Assembly (NCBI RefSeq): GCF_006345805.1
Contig: NC_043002.1
Location: 61,132,001-61,196,000 of the forward strand
DNA length: 64,000 nt
Source: Octopus sinensis
Lineage: Eukaryota
Reading direction: 5' to 3'
The notes below the pieces were generated by a model that did not search any database, was not told the DNA's origin, and saw only the letters and a program-made list of their open reading frames with translations. Below, one piece after another: positions 1-12,360 of this stretch. Position numbers and translations under genes: made by a program. Position 1 is the first letter of the stretch, and each line of letters opens with the position of its first letter.

Positions 1-231
1 ATATATATATATATATATAGATATATGCATGTGTGTGTGTCTACATATCAGAACTTGTAAAGTGAAAAACTATTTCGCATGATTTCTTTTTAATATGTCG
101 GAATAGACATTACGAAAGACACAAATTTGTAGTTTTGAAAATTATACATTGACTATATATGTGATCTGCAGACGGTTGTTATTTCAATAACTATTTAAAA
201 ATTTTATATTTATATATAGCATATATATATA

Positions 232-261
<30 letters not shown>

Positions 262-263
<2 letters not shown>

Positions 264-385
264 TCTGTTGGCTTGCTCGCTTAGCCAGCGGGGTGGTGTC
301 ATTCGAAGGCTAAAACAATACGAACGCATTGTGACCAGCGATGTGTAACAACATCTGATGGTCTGGTCGGTCAGGTGATCACGTG
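262..385 (+). mobile_element. 3' fragment of an interspersed repeat, probably a SINE tail, between (AT)n tracts
   Basis: GC-richer island ending ggtctggtcggtcaggtgatcacgtga, embedded in (AT)n. Recognised from memory as an octopod repeat tail; not verified. Confidence 0.45.
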
Positions 386-486
386 ATATATATATATATA
401 TATGTGTGTGTCTGTGTGTGTGTGTGTGTGTATGTGTGTATATAATTTAAAAGTAAGGACAAAAGAAATAATTTATAATTTATATT

Positions 487-542
<56 letters not shown>

Positions 543-1258
543 TATAAATTGTATGTAAACACACTCAGATAATCAGACATGCATTATTTATAATTGGACA
601 CCTTGGTTTCATGTATCACCAAAAATTTAACCGTAATATTCTAATGAACTATAAGCTTAAGAAATCTATTGTTTAAATATAGATGTAGCCTATTCCATTA
701 AAATTGTGTTTCATCGTAAAGAATGATTTCAAATGACTTAAAAGATATTTCCTTATCCATATCTCTCTCTACCAGCTTTATCGTAGTGTAATTCAGGGGC
801 GTTATTTTGGGCCTGAGGGAGCATAATGATAAATATAATTCTAATGATGAGATCTTATATTCCTTTATAAAACCCTATTAATCACCAACAATATTTAGGA
901 ATATATTAGTCAGCATTATTAAAAGAATCTTTAATTTAACCTTCAGATACTAATGTATCTATAAATTACCCTCTTTTACAGGGGTATGTTTTGTCGTAAT
1001 CATTTTGGGGCAATTTTTGCGTCGTTGAATGGACTCTCACTTATTTAATCATTGTCCCATGCAAAAGGAATCAATCAAATCCTATTTTCAAAATCGGTTC
1101 ATTGAATTAAAAGGTCCCTGTTTTCTGGAAAGGTCCACATTTATAGATAATGTGATGAGTCAGGGTTACTTACCAAAACAAGTGATTTTATAAAATAGTT
1201 TTGTATTTTTGTGATTTTCAACTATTCAAATTTGCTATAAACAAATGAAAACAAATAT

Positions 1259-2041
1259 TCCTTTCTTCTCTAAGCACAAGGCCAGAAATTTTGGGGGAGG
1301 TGGGCCAGTCAATTAGATCGACGCCAGTACGCTACTGGTACTTAATTTATCGACCCCGAAAGGATGAAAGGCAAAGTCGATCTCGGCGGAATTTGAACTT
1401 AGAACGTAAAGACAAAAGAAATACCTCTAAGCGTTTCGCCCGGCTTGCTAATGTTTCTACCAGTTCGCCGCCTTAAAGAAAACAAATATGCTTTTTTTTT
1501 ATTGCCCGCAAGGGGCTAAGCATAGAGGGGACAAACAAGGAGAGACAAAAGGATTAAGTCGGTTTCTTTACTACCCACAAGGGGATAAACACAGAGAGGA
1601 CAAAGACAGACAAATGGATTAAGTCGATTATATCGACCCCAGTGTCTAACTGGCACTTATTTAATCGACCCCGAAAGGATGAAAGACAAAGTCGACCCCA
1701 GCGGAATTTGAACTCAGATTGTAACGGCAGACGAAATACGTCTATGCATTTCGCCCGGTGTGCTAAAGTTTCTGCCAGTTCGCCGCCTTAAAGAAAACAA
1801 ATATTTCTTTCTTTATTGCCCACAAGGGGCTAAGCATAGAGGGAAGAAACAAGGACAGACAAAAGGATTCAGTCGGTTACATCGACACCAGTGCGTAACT
1901 GGTAATTATTTAATCAACCCCGAAAGAATGAAAGGCAAAATCGACTTCGGCGGAATTTGAACTCAGAACATAGCGGCAGACGAAATACCGCTAAGCATTT
2001 CGTCCGGCTTGCTAACAATTCTGTCAGCTCGCCCCTTTAAA
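1259..2041 (-). mobile_element. Three stacked SINE copies (family B, head ggcggcgagctggcagaaacgttagc)
   Basis: Three copies of the reverse complement of ggcggcga...gagttcaaattccgccgaggtcgactttgcctttcatcctttcggggtcgat at about 1259-1477, 1490-1792 and 1805-2041. B-box-like GAGTTCAAATTCC present. Copies are separated by gaaaacaaatat. Confidence 0.9.
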
Positions 2042-2180
2042 GAAAACAAATATTAAAACTACAACGATAATCTATTTTCCGCTGAAAATGAATTGGGTAG
2101 CCTTACATATGTGGGTATCTCACAATTAAAGCCTGTCAGTTGACAATACCCTGTCCTGTGATTAAAATATATGCAATGTC

Positions 2181-2553
2181 TTCAGTTGTCGCGGTACTCC
2201 ATCGTTACGACGAGGGTTCCAGTTGTTCTGATCAACGGAACAGCCTGCTCGTGAAATTAACGTGCAAGTAGCTGAGTACTCCACAGACAGGTGTCCCTTA
2301 ACGTAGTTCTCAGTGAGATTCAGCGTGACACATTGTGTGAAAAGGCGGGCCCTTTGAAATATAAGTACAATAGAAACAAAGTGTGAGAGAAAGTTGTGGT
2401 GAAAGAGTATAGCAGGGTTCACCTCACCTCTACCTGAGCCTCGTGGAGCTTAAGGTGTCTTTGCCCAATAAACACTCACAACGCCCGGTCTGGGAATCAA
2501 AAACGCGATCCTACGACCGCGAAACCACTGCCTTAACCACTGGGCCATTGCAT
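2181..2553 (-). mobile_element. tRNA-derived SINE (family C)
   Basis: Minus strand reads gcaatggcccagtggttaaggcagtggtttcgcggtcgtaggatcgcgtttttgattcccagaccgggc, giving A-box TGGCCCAGTGG and a degenerate B box, followed by a body and tail. Confidence 0.8.
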
Positions 2554-3224
2554 CAACACTCTAAGAATACAACAGTAAGAACTCTCGATGCATATTCATA
2601 CCGTGTCTTACAGGAGCAAATGAGCAAACCTTTTCGACATTGTCGCTTCCATTTTTGTTTTGTGCTAGCCACCACTATGAATGTGTATGTAAAACGTATG
2701 TAGCCATAGTTACAGCTATATGTTCGTGTGCATGCGTATGTGGGCGTGTGTGTGTGTGTGCGTACGTGCATGTGTGCGTGCATGCTGTGCGTGCGTGTGT
2801 GTCTGTGTATATGTGTGCTTGTGAGTCTACCGCTATAAAATCAATGTAAGTACCGTGTGAAATATAAATAAAAGAGACAGAGGCAAGTCTTTGAGGTACA
2901 TCAGTTATGCGATATACATTATTCCATATAATGTTTCCCTAATAAGGAACTGGCTGAAGTATTATAGACTGACTAAGCTGATAGTGCAGTTCGTTTCTAT
3001 AGACTAACACATATATAGAAATCATAAAATCATGAAATTGACCATTGAAATGTCATTCGCAACATCGAAAATCGGATCGCACTTGTTCCGAGTTTCTCCA
3101 TTTATATGGCGAGTTTCTCCAAATATATGGCTTCACGATTCGTAGCCTCCTTTTCACACTACCCCTGACTGTTATTTCCCTAGTTCACACCGTTCACCAA
3201 ACTGATCCCATGGATCAAGTGTAG

Positions 3225-3620
3225 ACCGAGGCTGGGCGTTCGAGAAGAGTACAACTGTCGAGCGAATCTGTAATTAAGATCGTTCCGCCGACCTCCCTGA
3301 ATAGGGAGGAGCGAGCCTGTTTTCGCTTGATATTTGCTGTTGCCAAAGAGGTAGTATGGAAGACGAGAGTGAAAGGAATTGCAACAGGCATGTTCATCTC
3401 CAGTCTCGAGCTAATCGACTTTTTCGTTTTCCACATGAAACGGAAAATAAGGCTGGAGAAGAAATGCTTGTCGAAAAGTGTGTTTCATAAAATATGGAAG
3501 TCTATAGCAAGTATGTTGCGAGTGAAAGACCCTGTCTAAACGAGAATATAAAAGTGACAAAGCAAAGTCTTCAGAGTGGTCTGTGGGGTCGACCGCGTCC
3601 TCCGCTTCATTTTTTTAAAT
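3225..3620 (+). mobile_element. 5'-truncated L1/Tx1-clade LINE: ORF2 C-terminus plus 3' UTR
   Basis: Frame 3225-3539 is open: RVQLSSESVIKIVPPTSLNREERACFRLIFAVAKEVVWKTRVKG...FFVFHMKRKIRLEKK...WKSIA. The AK-x-x-W-x-x-R pattern is typical of Tx1/L1 ORF2 ends. T-rich tail follows. Confidence 0.7.
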
Positions 3621-3849
3621 CACTCATTCTCATTTAATTATATATATTTTAATTGTTTGTTTATTCGTACGTTTCGTCTCATTCGATACCCTAACCCCAA
3701 TGTTTGTTTTGTCTGTCCATGTATCGTCCCCTCTTTTTCTCAACCTCATGGTTAATAAAGAAATTGACGGGTGTCACTGATGTGGTGAATGTTTTGCAGA
3801 TACAGTGAATGGTTCCCTTTAAAATCAGCAGAAGAGTTAGTATAAGGTT

Positions 3850-4392
3850 CCTATTCGAAATGTTTCGAGCAGATTGTATCTTCGCAACATGGTTGCTGAA
3901 ATCAGCCGCTGCAGTGTAAATGAAACACAAGATTATTGTTACCATAATTTCGGTCTGCAGCTCATATCCAGAATACGGTTTGGAAAAATGTGGGGAGGGT
4001 CGAAAGTTGAATTCAAACCTTCGAATTCTTCTATTCCATTTACCATGCGAAGTGAAAGTTATTAATGGTGTGTCAATGACCCAGTGTGATACAGCACGTT
4101 ATTTCCATTATAATCATTCCATAATTTATTATGCTTTACTCTTGGACGGTAGGGAACAATAGAGCTCAAACACTAAATTGTCTATTGGATTAACACACGC
4201 AAAGCGAATCATTACTGATGCCTCAATGACCAAGTGGGTTTGGCAACAACACATCTGCAATAATTAGTCCATAAGGCATTGTGCTTCGTATTTATGATGG
4301 ACGATTATATTACTCAATATTCGAATGCATTAATTTTAAATATGAAATCTAAATAGAACGTCCGTACGGGTGCGTTCGTGAGATCCAGCTAG
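3850..4392 (+). mobile_element. Helitron 3' end with degraded Pif1-helicase C-terminus
   Basis: Frameshifted remnants LRN..C-x-x-TRLIVT, FKPSNSSIPFTMR and LVHKAL match the Helitron helicase end. Hairpin gaacgtccgtacgggtgcgttc (4356-4377) is followed by terminal CTAG (4389-4392) and then T. Confidence 0.7.
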
Positions 4393-5060
4393 TATTGATT
4401 TTACTGAGGAAACGGATTCTATCACCTACAGTTCCCTACTTGAAGTTTAGTATAACATCAGTCATAAGGTGAAACATGAAAAAAAAACCCCAAAAACTAG
4501 ACAAACAAAAAAAAAATCCCAAAAGATCCAAAAGAAGTATTGATTAGAGATCAAATTCATCTGGACATCTCCGTCTGCTGATTCCTGGTGACACTCTGTA
4601 CATTGAACTCTTGCTCACACAAGTTAAATTACACAAAATAGCACAGCATAAAAACAGGAACGAAAATCAAGGCACTTATATAGACGCATATGCTCTCTCT
4701 CTGTCTGTCTCTGTATATATATAAACACACACACACATACACACACACATAAATTAGTGTACCTTTATACACAATGAGGCAAAAGCCTTAACAGGTTGCC
4801 TAACATACTAGGAAAAACAGTCAAAAAGTTCAAGTCACAGTTAACAATTTCGAAGGGAATGAAAAATAAAAACATTTACCGTGTCTTACAACCGGGCCTC
4901 AGGTTTCGAACTTCAATTACCAAATAAAATATTATGCAAGGCGAAGTTCTCATCAGCGGATAGGCCAAAGCATTAAAATATAAATTAGAGACCAAATAAC
5001 GCGTGTCTCATATCTCAACCTTATATATTATAATTTTTCAAAACCAACTCGCAATACATA

Positions 5061-5262
5061 GGAGGTAGGGCTGAAAAGTTTATGGGTCTAAGAGCATCAC
5101 GAATCACCTGCTTGGAGACCAAACCTTCCGAGTTCTATTACATGGTATAGAAAGTCTGCGATAAGCGTGTGAATCTCAGAAGGGAATATGTTGAATAAAA
5201 TTATAATTAACTGTTAGTCCGGTATTTTTTATCCAAACCCAAGAACTTTTCAGCGCCTCTCA
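5061..5262. mobile_element. Mariner-derived MITE (degenerate)
   Basis: Imperfect TIRs ...gctgaaaagtttatgggt and acccaagaacttttcagcg..., with TA at the left end. Same TIR family as 12187-12360. Confidence 0.65.
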
Positions 5263-5295
5263 TCCATATATATATATACATCTACATAATATATA

Positions 5296-5470
5296 TATGT
5301 ATATATATATATATTGGTGTGTCTGGGGAGAGTCATTCTCTTTTTGAGTCTTATTATCTAACACACTCACCGGTCCAGTTTCCACTTATTTACTTCTTTA
5401 TTTTTCCTAAAATTTTTCTTGCGTCTTACACCTTTTGAATAGTAGTTGACTGTCCATTTTCCGAGCTGCA
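5296..5470 (+). mobile_element. (AT)n-docked interspersed repeat, putatively Penelope-derived
   Basis: gtgtctggggagagtcattctc...aacacactcaccggt...tttccact has a reverse-orientation copy at about 24900-25040. Both abut (AT)n. Family assignment is inference. Confidence 0.5.
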
Positions 5471-5547
5471 TTCCTTTTGTTTGTTTGTGCGCATGTGTGT
5501 GGGAAAGTGTGCGTGGGCATACACGTATGTATGTATATATGCATGTA

Positions 5548-5594
<47 letters not shown>

Positions 5595-5734
5595 ATGTGT
5601 ATATGTGCTTGTCTGTTCATATTACCTATGTACCTGTCTATCTGTATGTCTATCTCTATGCATTCATATCCATTTATACCCGTATCCATTTACCTACATA
5701 TATATATATATAGAAATTAAATATAAAATATAAA

Positions 5735-6300
5735 TTACAAAGTGGGACAAAAACGCAAAAACACAGAAAGAGACGACACAAAAAAAAACAAAACAGACGA
5801 GTCACTCGAAGCCTTTAATCTTCAGTCGGAACCGGATCATCTTAGCAATTTCGGCTGTTTAATCTCGATATCACTCCGAACCGGTCAGCCCCAAGGAAAA
5901 ACTAAGCCACAGGCATTAGATTTCTTGGAAAGAGGATCGAGTGTATACGAAACAAAGACAGGATACCACACGAATATAAATACAAGAAACAAAAAAATAG
6001 GAATAAAGAACAAGAATGGTAAGCAGGACAAAAACAGCGGGCATCTTACGATTTTAGACAATTTTTAACTTATCTTGGCTGGCGTATTTGAAAAATGCTT
6101 TTGCGGCAAAACGAAAACAAACGTTAACATGGCAGCTGTCAAGCCGAAAAGACCGGTTTGAATGCGGTCAAGTGAGAGCAAGAGAAAGAAAAGAAAAGCA
6201 GGAAGCAAGGAATCAAAGAGAGAGAGAAAGAAAGGGACGAAGGCACCAGGGGGGAGAGAGAGAGAAGGAAGGAATCAAAGAGGGGAGAAGAAACAGGATT
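5735..6300 (-). mobile_element. (AT)n-docked interspersed repeat, putatively Penelope-derived
   Basis: 5740-5835 is related to the opposite-orientation segment at about 49915-50005 (gactgaaga...gcgtt..tgtccca). Non-coding and flanked by (AT)n. Confidence 0.4.
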
Positions 6301-6331
6301 GGCTTAGCAATAGAAATATATGCATATACAC

Positions 6332-6423
<92 letters not shown>

Positions 6424-6427
<4 letters not shown>

Positions 6428-6600
6428 AGAATTCATGAAAAAACAAAAGACGAAAACAGGTGGTGTAGAAAACAAACAGATGTATTAGTATAACGCTCAG
6501 GAATTGAAAAAGTCTACCTTTCGAGCCTACGCTCTTTCACAGAATGGAACACGGAAAGAAACAAGGCTACTGATCTATCATGGCAATTGCGGACAGAAGC
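6424..6600 (-). mobile_element. Penelope-type terminal-repeat fragment with hammerhead-like motif
   Basis: Similar to 22085-22290 and 55440-55615. Minus strand reads CTGTGAA-a-GAGC-gtag-GCTC-GAAA at about 6515-6545. Confidence 0.55.
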
Positions 6601-7044
6601 GTCACAAAGGAGACCGAAGAAGTAGGGGAGATAACAAAGTAAAGGTAAGACCCAAACGAAGGTGCGCATATATTCGTATTTTCGTATATGCGTATATGCA
6701 TATACATAGGTAAATTGATATGAAAGTAATTCATAGGTACGTAGGTAATATGAACAGACAAGCACACACACACATACACAAATGAAGACTGAAACACATG
6801 AACATATACACACGCGCACAGTTCACGCAAGGACACATGGAGACACACATTCCTACATAACTGACGCGCGTACATAGTCACAAAATCCCTTACACAGACA
6901 CATTCAGGCATGCTCACACGCAAGGAGACAGAGGTACATATACATACATGCAAACACACATACACACACATACAAACGCACAAACATGAACACACAAACG
7001 CATGAATATGCAGAATACCTAGACGCAAATATACATACATATAT

Positions 7045-7111
<67 letters not shown>

Positions 7112-7149
7112 CACGCACATACATACATGCTTACACACAAACACATGCT

Positions 7150-8212
7150 GTCATGATGTGGGTTCATCTGGTATCTTAGATAGAAACCTGTCCAGATGTT
7201 CCTTGAAAACGTCCACATCAACACTATGTAGATTGCCTGGCCGGATGCTGAATAATTGGGGTCCAAGAAACCCAGACTATTGCAGTACTGTGTCCTTATA
7301 TTAGATAGGGAAGAGAGGATCTTTGGTGTGATGCAGTGGAGTCCAGTTGGAGGAATCTTATAGTTGTCAGTCACAAAATTGGGAGCTAAACCTTCCAAGA
7401 CCTCCCAAATATATATCACCGCGTATTTCTCTCGTCTTTTCTCCAGAGAATGGAGACTCAGCTCCTTTAGCCTCTCCCAGTAGCCCATCTTTTGCATCCG
7501 GTCAATCATCTTTGTGTATCGTCGCTGGATTGTTTTGAATTCTGCAGTTTGTTTCACACTTTCTGGAGACCACAGTTGGGAAGAGTAGGCCGAGGGGCTA
7601 AAAACGAAAGTCCTCCGTAGGTGTTGCAAGGCTTCCGTTTTCCTGGTTGTGAATGTCCTCAGAATCCATCCTGCCGTTCGCCTGCACACTGCTGCCATCT
7701 TGGTAATATGCACGTGGAATGTTGCATCATTGCTCTTGTGCACCCCCAGGTCACGCAAAGACCCTGACTCTGGGATCGTATTCAGTGTATTCCGATTTCA
7801 GCCTGGTATTGGACCAATAGTGGAGTGCCTGGAATGTTATTGCATTAAACTGCATGTTATGTTTCTTAGCCCGTATTTATATTTCATTCAGGTCTTCCTG
7901 AAGTTTTATGATGTCCCCTGGGTTCCTAACGGCCTGTGATACATTTGTGTCGTCAGCATAATTGGTCAGATTGGTTGACTGTACTGCGGATGGCATGTCA
8001 GAGAGGGCCACCACAAATAGTAGTGGCCCCGGTACAGTTCCCCGAGGGACTCCACTGACAATTGGTGTATATTCCGATTGAGCACCATTGGCCACAACTG
8101 TCTGACTCCTGCCCTTCAGAAAGTCATGCAGCCACTCTCTCAGTTTCCCAGTAATACCAAGGTTTCGCAGCTTGTGACGAAGGCCTTTGCAAAGTCGAGG
8201 TATATCACGTCT
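7150..8212 (-). mobile_element. 5'-truncated CR1-group LINE ORF2 (reverse transcriptase), frameshifted
   Basis: Motifs DVIYLDFAKAF, SGVPRGTVPGPLLF, YADDT, LQEDLN, RDLGV, YSSQLWSP, IQRRYTK, YWERLKELSLHSLEKRR. Confidence 0.95.
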
Positions 8213-8539
8213 ACATACATACATACATACATACACACACATATATACTTTGAAATGGATGGATGGCATTCGATTAGATAATAATGAATAATATATATAG
8301 ATATGCTTGTATGAGTACAGGACGTCACCAACTGTGTAAACAACAGGGAATGCGTAGATAAACGACATAAATATGTAAACAACGAGAGAAAAAATAGAAA
8401 ACATGACGAGGAAACACCGAGAAACGACCCTTCATCAGTTGTCTATCTACTCACACACACACACCGCCCACACACACGTATACATATATTTAACACATAT
8501 GACTGTGTTTTGTCCAGTTTTTGTCTGTAATAGTGTATT

Positions 8540-8748
8540 CGCAGAAACGTTAGCACGATGGGCGAAATGCTTAGCCTGTATTTCGTTTGTCTTTACGTTT
8601 TGAGTTCAAATTCCACCGAAGTCGACTTTGTCTTTCATACTTTCGGAGTCGATAAACTAAGTACCAGTTGCATACTGAGGTCGATCTAATCGACTGGCCA
8701 CCACTCCCCCAAAATTTCGAGTCTTGTGCCTAGATTAGAAAAGATTAT
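8540..8748 (+). mobile_element. SINE family B copy (5'-truncated)
   Basis: gcagaaacgttagcac...gagttcaaattccaccgaagtcgactttg...ccccaaaatttcg...cttgtgcctag tail. Confidence 0.85.
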
Positions 8749-8862
8749 TCTACTGAGAATGTTAATCGGAGGCAATATGGACTATATAATGAGTTCGAAC
8801 AAAGAACCACTTAGCTCTGAAACGAAGCTCTTCGCCACGTAGCCATTTCTGCGCCTCTCTAA

Positions 8863-9388
8863 TATGGTTTGTATTTTACGAAATCTGAGAAGAAACTTCA
8901 AAAACGAAAAGAGAAAAAAAATTGACATGTAAAAATATACCTGTACGCCTGCTTCATCTGGTTTCCAGTTACGCAATTTGCATGTCAATTTTTTCTTTAG
9001 ACTTAGCTACAGAATTTAAATGGGGAAAATCTGATACAATTTCTTCGGAAAACTGTCCGTTTGAGCGAATATTGATTTACAAGATTCAGAATTTTTGCCA
9101 GTCGATTTTATTATGATGTAGAAAGACTATATGCAACATAATTGTTTTCTGAAAGTGTTGTCTTGATGTTAGGTATGGCTTGCCTTTTCTTTTTCTTTTT
9201 TATTCATTATTGGGAGATAAACTGAAAAATGACGAGGTACATAGTGGGAATAGTGGTATCCAATTGAATGTGCCTGCCAGAATGCATTGTGCGAGTTACC
9301 GAATATTTTTTAATGTGGACTGGTGACTGTGTAGAGTATGTGATATGGGGGCTGCTGGTTTTACGTTTCAATGTTTAGTAACAACTGT
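8863..9388 (+). repeat. Source blocks A (8863-9051) and B (9158-9388) of a permuted local duplication
   Basis: A is nearly identical to 10575-10763 (189 bp). B is nearly identical to 10340-10570 (231 bp). Confidence 0.95.
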
Positions 9389-9794
9389 GTAGAACGTTAA
9401 CTGTATTTCAGTTTTATACCATCGGAATTCAATTTCGTAAGAGTATAGAAAATGTATGGTTTGTATGATTTAAGCTGCATTGTTTGATAGGGAAGCCGTA
9501 GAATACGTGCTGTGTGAGATCTCTTATACCATTTAGACTTTGATTATAGAGGGGATGTGTTGTGTATGGAAAATAGTATGTGACTTCTGCCATTAAAATG
9601 AAAATGATTTGTATGGGACTTTAGCTCTATTCTGATGAGGTAGTTTTCCAAATTGAGCGCTGAATTGAGAGCCATAATACACTTACTTTCGATTTTGTTC
9701 ATATACTTCGTTATCGTATGCAGATCTTCAGCTACTGCCAATATTTCTTCGTTTACTTTATTAATTTCCTGTCCGAATCGTTTGTAAACTGGTC

Positions 9795-10172
9795 AAAATG
9801 ATGAGCGACATTTCGTACCTCTGAGTTCAAATTCCGCCGTATTCTACTTTGCCTTTCATCATTTCGGCTCGATAAAATAAATACCAGTTGAACACTGGGG
9901 TCGATGCAATCAATTTACTCCTTCCCAAGACCATAATGGTCTCGTGTCAAAATTTGTAGCCAATATTGTTTCGATTTTTAAGACGTTGAACTGGCAGATT
10001 CGTTAACGCGCCAGACAACCTGCGTAGCGGCGTTCGTCCGTTTTTACCTTCTGGGTTATAATTCTGACGATTTAACTTTTCATCCTTTCGAGTCGATAAA
10101 ATAAGTAGCAGTTGAGTAATCAGGTCGATCCGATTGAGTTACTTACTTCCCCGAAAAGTTTGAAACAGTATT
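9795..10172 (+). mobile_element. Two degenerate SINE family B copies in tandem (about 9795-9965 and 9985-10172)
   Basis: Each has gagttcaaattccgcc or an equivalent, plus the ctttcatc..tcgataaaataa.ta core. Confidence 0.75.
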
Positions 10173-10339
10173 ATCTTCGTTTTGATATAACATTTAATCA
10201 AGTTCTTTGCGTTTTGATAGTTTCTCGACCACATCCCAGGCGATATTTTTTTGTGAAAAGAGACCGACATGTCTATCAACATATAGCACTTTTCATTCTA
10301 GTTTTCGAAAATTTTATCCCGGTATTTTCGCGTGTTTCC

Positions 10340-10763
10340 TTGTCTTGATGTTAGGTATGGCTTGCCTTTTCTTTTTCTTTTTTATTCATTATTGGGAGAT
10401 AAACTGAAAAATGACAAGGTACATAGTGGGAATAGTGGTATCCAATTGAATGTGCCTGCCAGAATGCATTGTGCGAGTTACCGAATATTTTTTAATGTGG
10501 ACTGGTGACTGTGTAGAGTATGTGATATGGGGGCTGCTGGTTTTACGTTACAATGTTTAGTAACAACTGTTTTGTATGGTTTGTATTTTACGAAATCTGA
10601 GAAGAAACTTCAAAAACGAAAAGAGAAAAAAAATTGACATGTAAAAATATACCTATACGCCTGCTTCATCTGGTTTCCAGTTACGCAATTTGCATGTCAA
10701 TTTTTTCTTTAGACTTAGCTACAGAATTTAAATGAGGAAAATCTGATACAATTTCTTCGGAAA
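10340..10763 (+). repeat. Permuted duplicate: B' (10340-10570) followed by A' (10575-10763)
   Basis: Direct repeats of 9158-9388 and 8863-9051 in swapped order. I saw only two substitutions in each block. Confidence 0.95.
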
Positions 10764-11064
10764 TTAAATGTTATATCTGTGGCTTAACTGACTTCACTCA
10801 CATGATTCTTACCAGCCTGCTGTGCCAAGTATCACTTTTGGCATATGCCTAAACCACAAGGTATGTCTTCTCGACTTGAAGTGTTGGTATATTTCCCATC
10901 AACATAAACACCGACTCAATAGAATTTATGGATATATTCAGATTTAATAACTAAACAAAAAGACATGACGTCTCAATTTTCAACTTATGCTGATTGCACA
11001 CTTTACACGTGATAATTACTCTTCTATATTTTCTCATTTCTCTAACCATTAGGGCTGCGTTACA

Positions 11065-11260
11065 GAATCGTTAGGGTGTCGGCCAAAATATTCAAAAGCA
11101 CTTCCAGATTTCAATAAATTTATTTCAAATTCCACCGAGGTGAATTCGGCCTTTCAGCGTTTCGGAATTGATAAATTAAATCATAAGTATTAGGCTCTGC
11201 GGTATTGACGAAAATCCTCCCAGTCAACTTACTGGCCGTGCTCCTTAATTAGAAATCATA
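11065..11260 (+). mobile_element. Old SINE family B copy
   Basis: ttcaaattccaccgaggtgaattcggcctttcagcgtttcggaattgataaatt is a diverged family B core. Confidence 0.5.
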
Positions 11261-12186
11261 ATTTCTGCAATTAGGTGAGGGTCAGTGCTGGGCCTTTGCA
11301 GCTAAATGTACAATTTCTGTTTCTTCTTTTAACCAAGAGTTTCGAACCTTTCCATGTTAGGCTTAGGTTTACCTCTGTCTGTCGAATTTTATAGAATTTA
11401 AGTGTTATGGAGTGCTTTTTTGTTGATTCATTCATTATTATGTCTTGTTTTTTATCAAATACTATTTCTCTTTCATCTGTTGAAATATTTACTGTTTCTT
11501 GTTATATGCCAATGTCATTATTGGACGTATTTCGATAATGACGTTATACAACATATCCGTAGTTACCTCTCGGATACTGGTCTTATGCATGTCTATATGT
11601 ATTGACGTTTGCCAAAAGTCTAAGCATATTGTATATTTGAATATCCGTGTACTTATGAAATATGCATCTGTGTTTCTATATATGTCAAATTTTAAATGCA
11701 AGAAGCTTAATATAAAAGAGAAAATTTAACAGAAACGTATAATAAATATGAATTTAACGACCGATACCTCGTCTGTATAAAAAACAACACTTAAAAGAAC
11801 ATACACTATTGAAAACAATACGTGTTTTCTTGTCACGTTTTTTTCTTTCAAAAACAAATATTTATTGAACACTATAAAACAAATACTGACATTTGTCTTT
11901 TTTTATTGATGATATTGTTGATTCTGCAAGCTTTTGATTTTATTTATTTATTTTTTTTTTGTATTTTCCTAAATCTATATTTAATTAGTTTGTTTATTTC
12001 ATTATTTTTTTCATTTAATTATTTTTTATTTTCGTTTTGAATATCAGCTATGCGTTTATGTTCATGTGTTATGTACGTATTCTAGAAAAGAGAAACTGGA
12101 AACTAATATTCCAACCCCAAACCATTAAAATAGTATTTGCACTTTTAGGAACGGTCGTATTAAATTTCTGAAAGCATGCACTGATA

Positions 12187-12360
12187 CAAAGGGATGCTGA
12201 AAAGTTCCTGGCTTTAAGGATATCGCGAAAGTGTTATTTGAAGGCCCAACCTTTTGAATTCTTTTACAGGTTTACAAAAACTAAAAGACCTCTGCAATAA
12301 TTAACTTATCCTTCTGTATTTTCTGTTACCTAAAGCCAAGAACTTTTCAGCATCCCTTCG
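12187..12360. mobile_element. Mariner-derived MITE, 174 bp
   Basis: 29-bp TIRs caaagggatgctgaaaagttcctggcttt and aaagccaagaacttttcagcatcccttcg (2 mismatches). TA target duplication at 12185-12186 and 12361-12362. Confidence 0.9.

Noticed and set aside
8415-8442. Minus-strand CTGATGA (also CTGAAGA near 58822-58828) as further hammerheads
   Set aside because: There is no properly placed stem II and GAAA, so at best these are fully decayed remnants.
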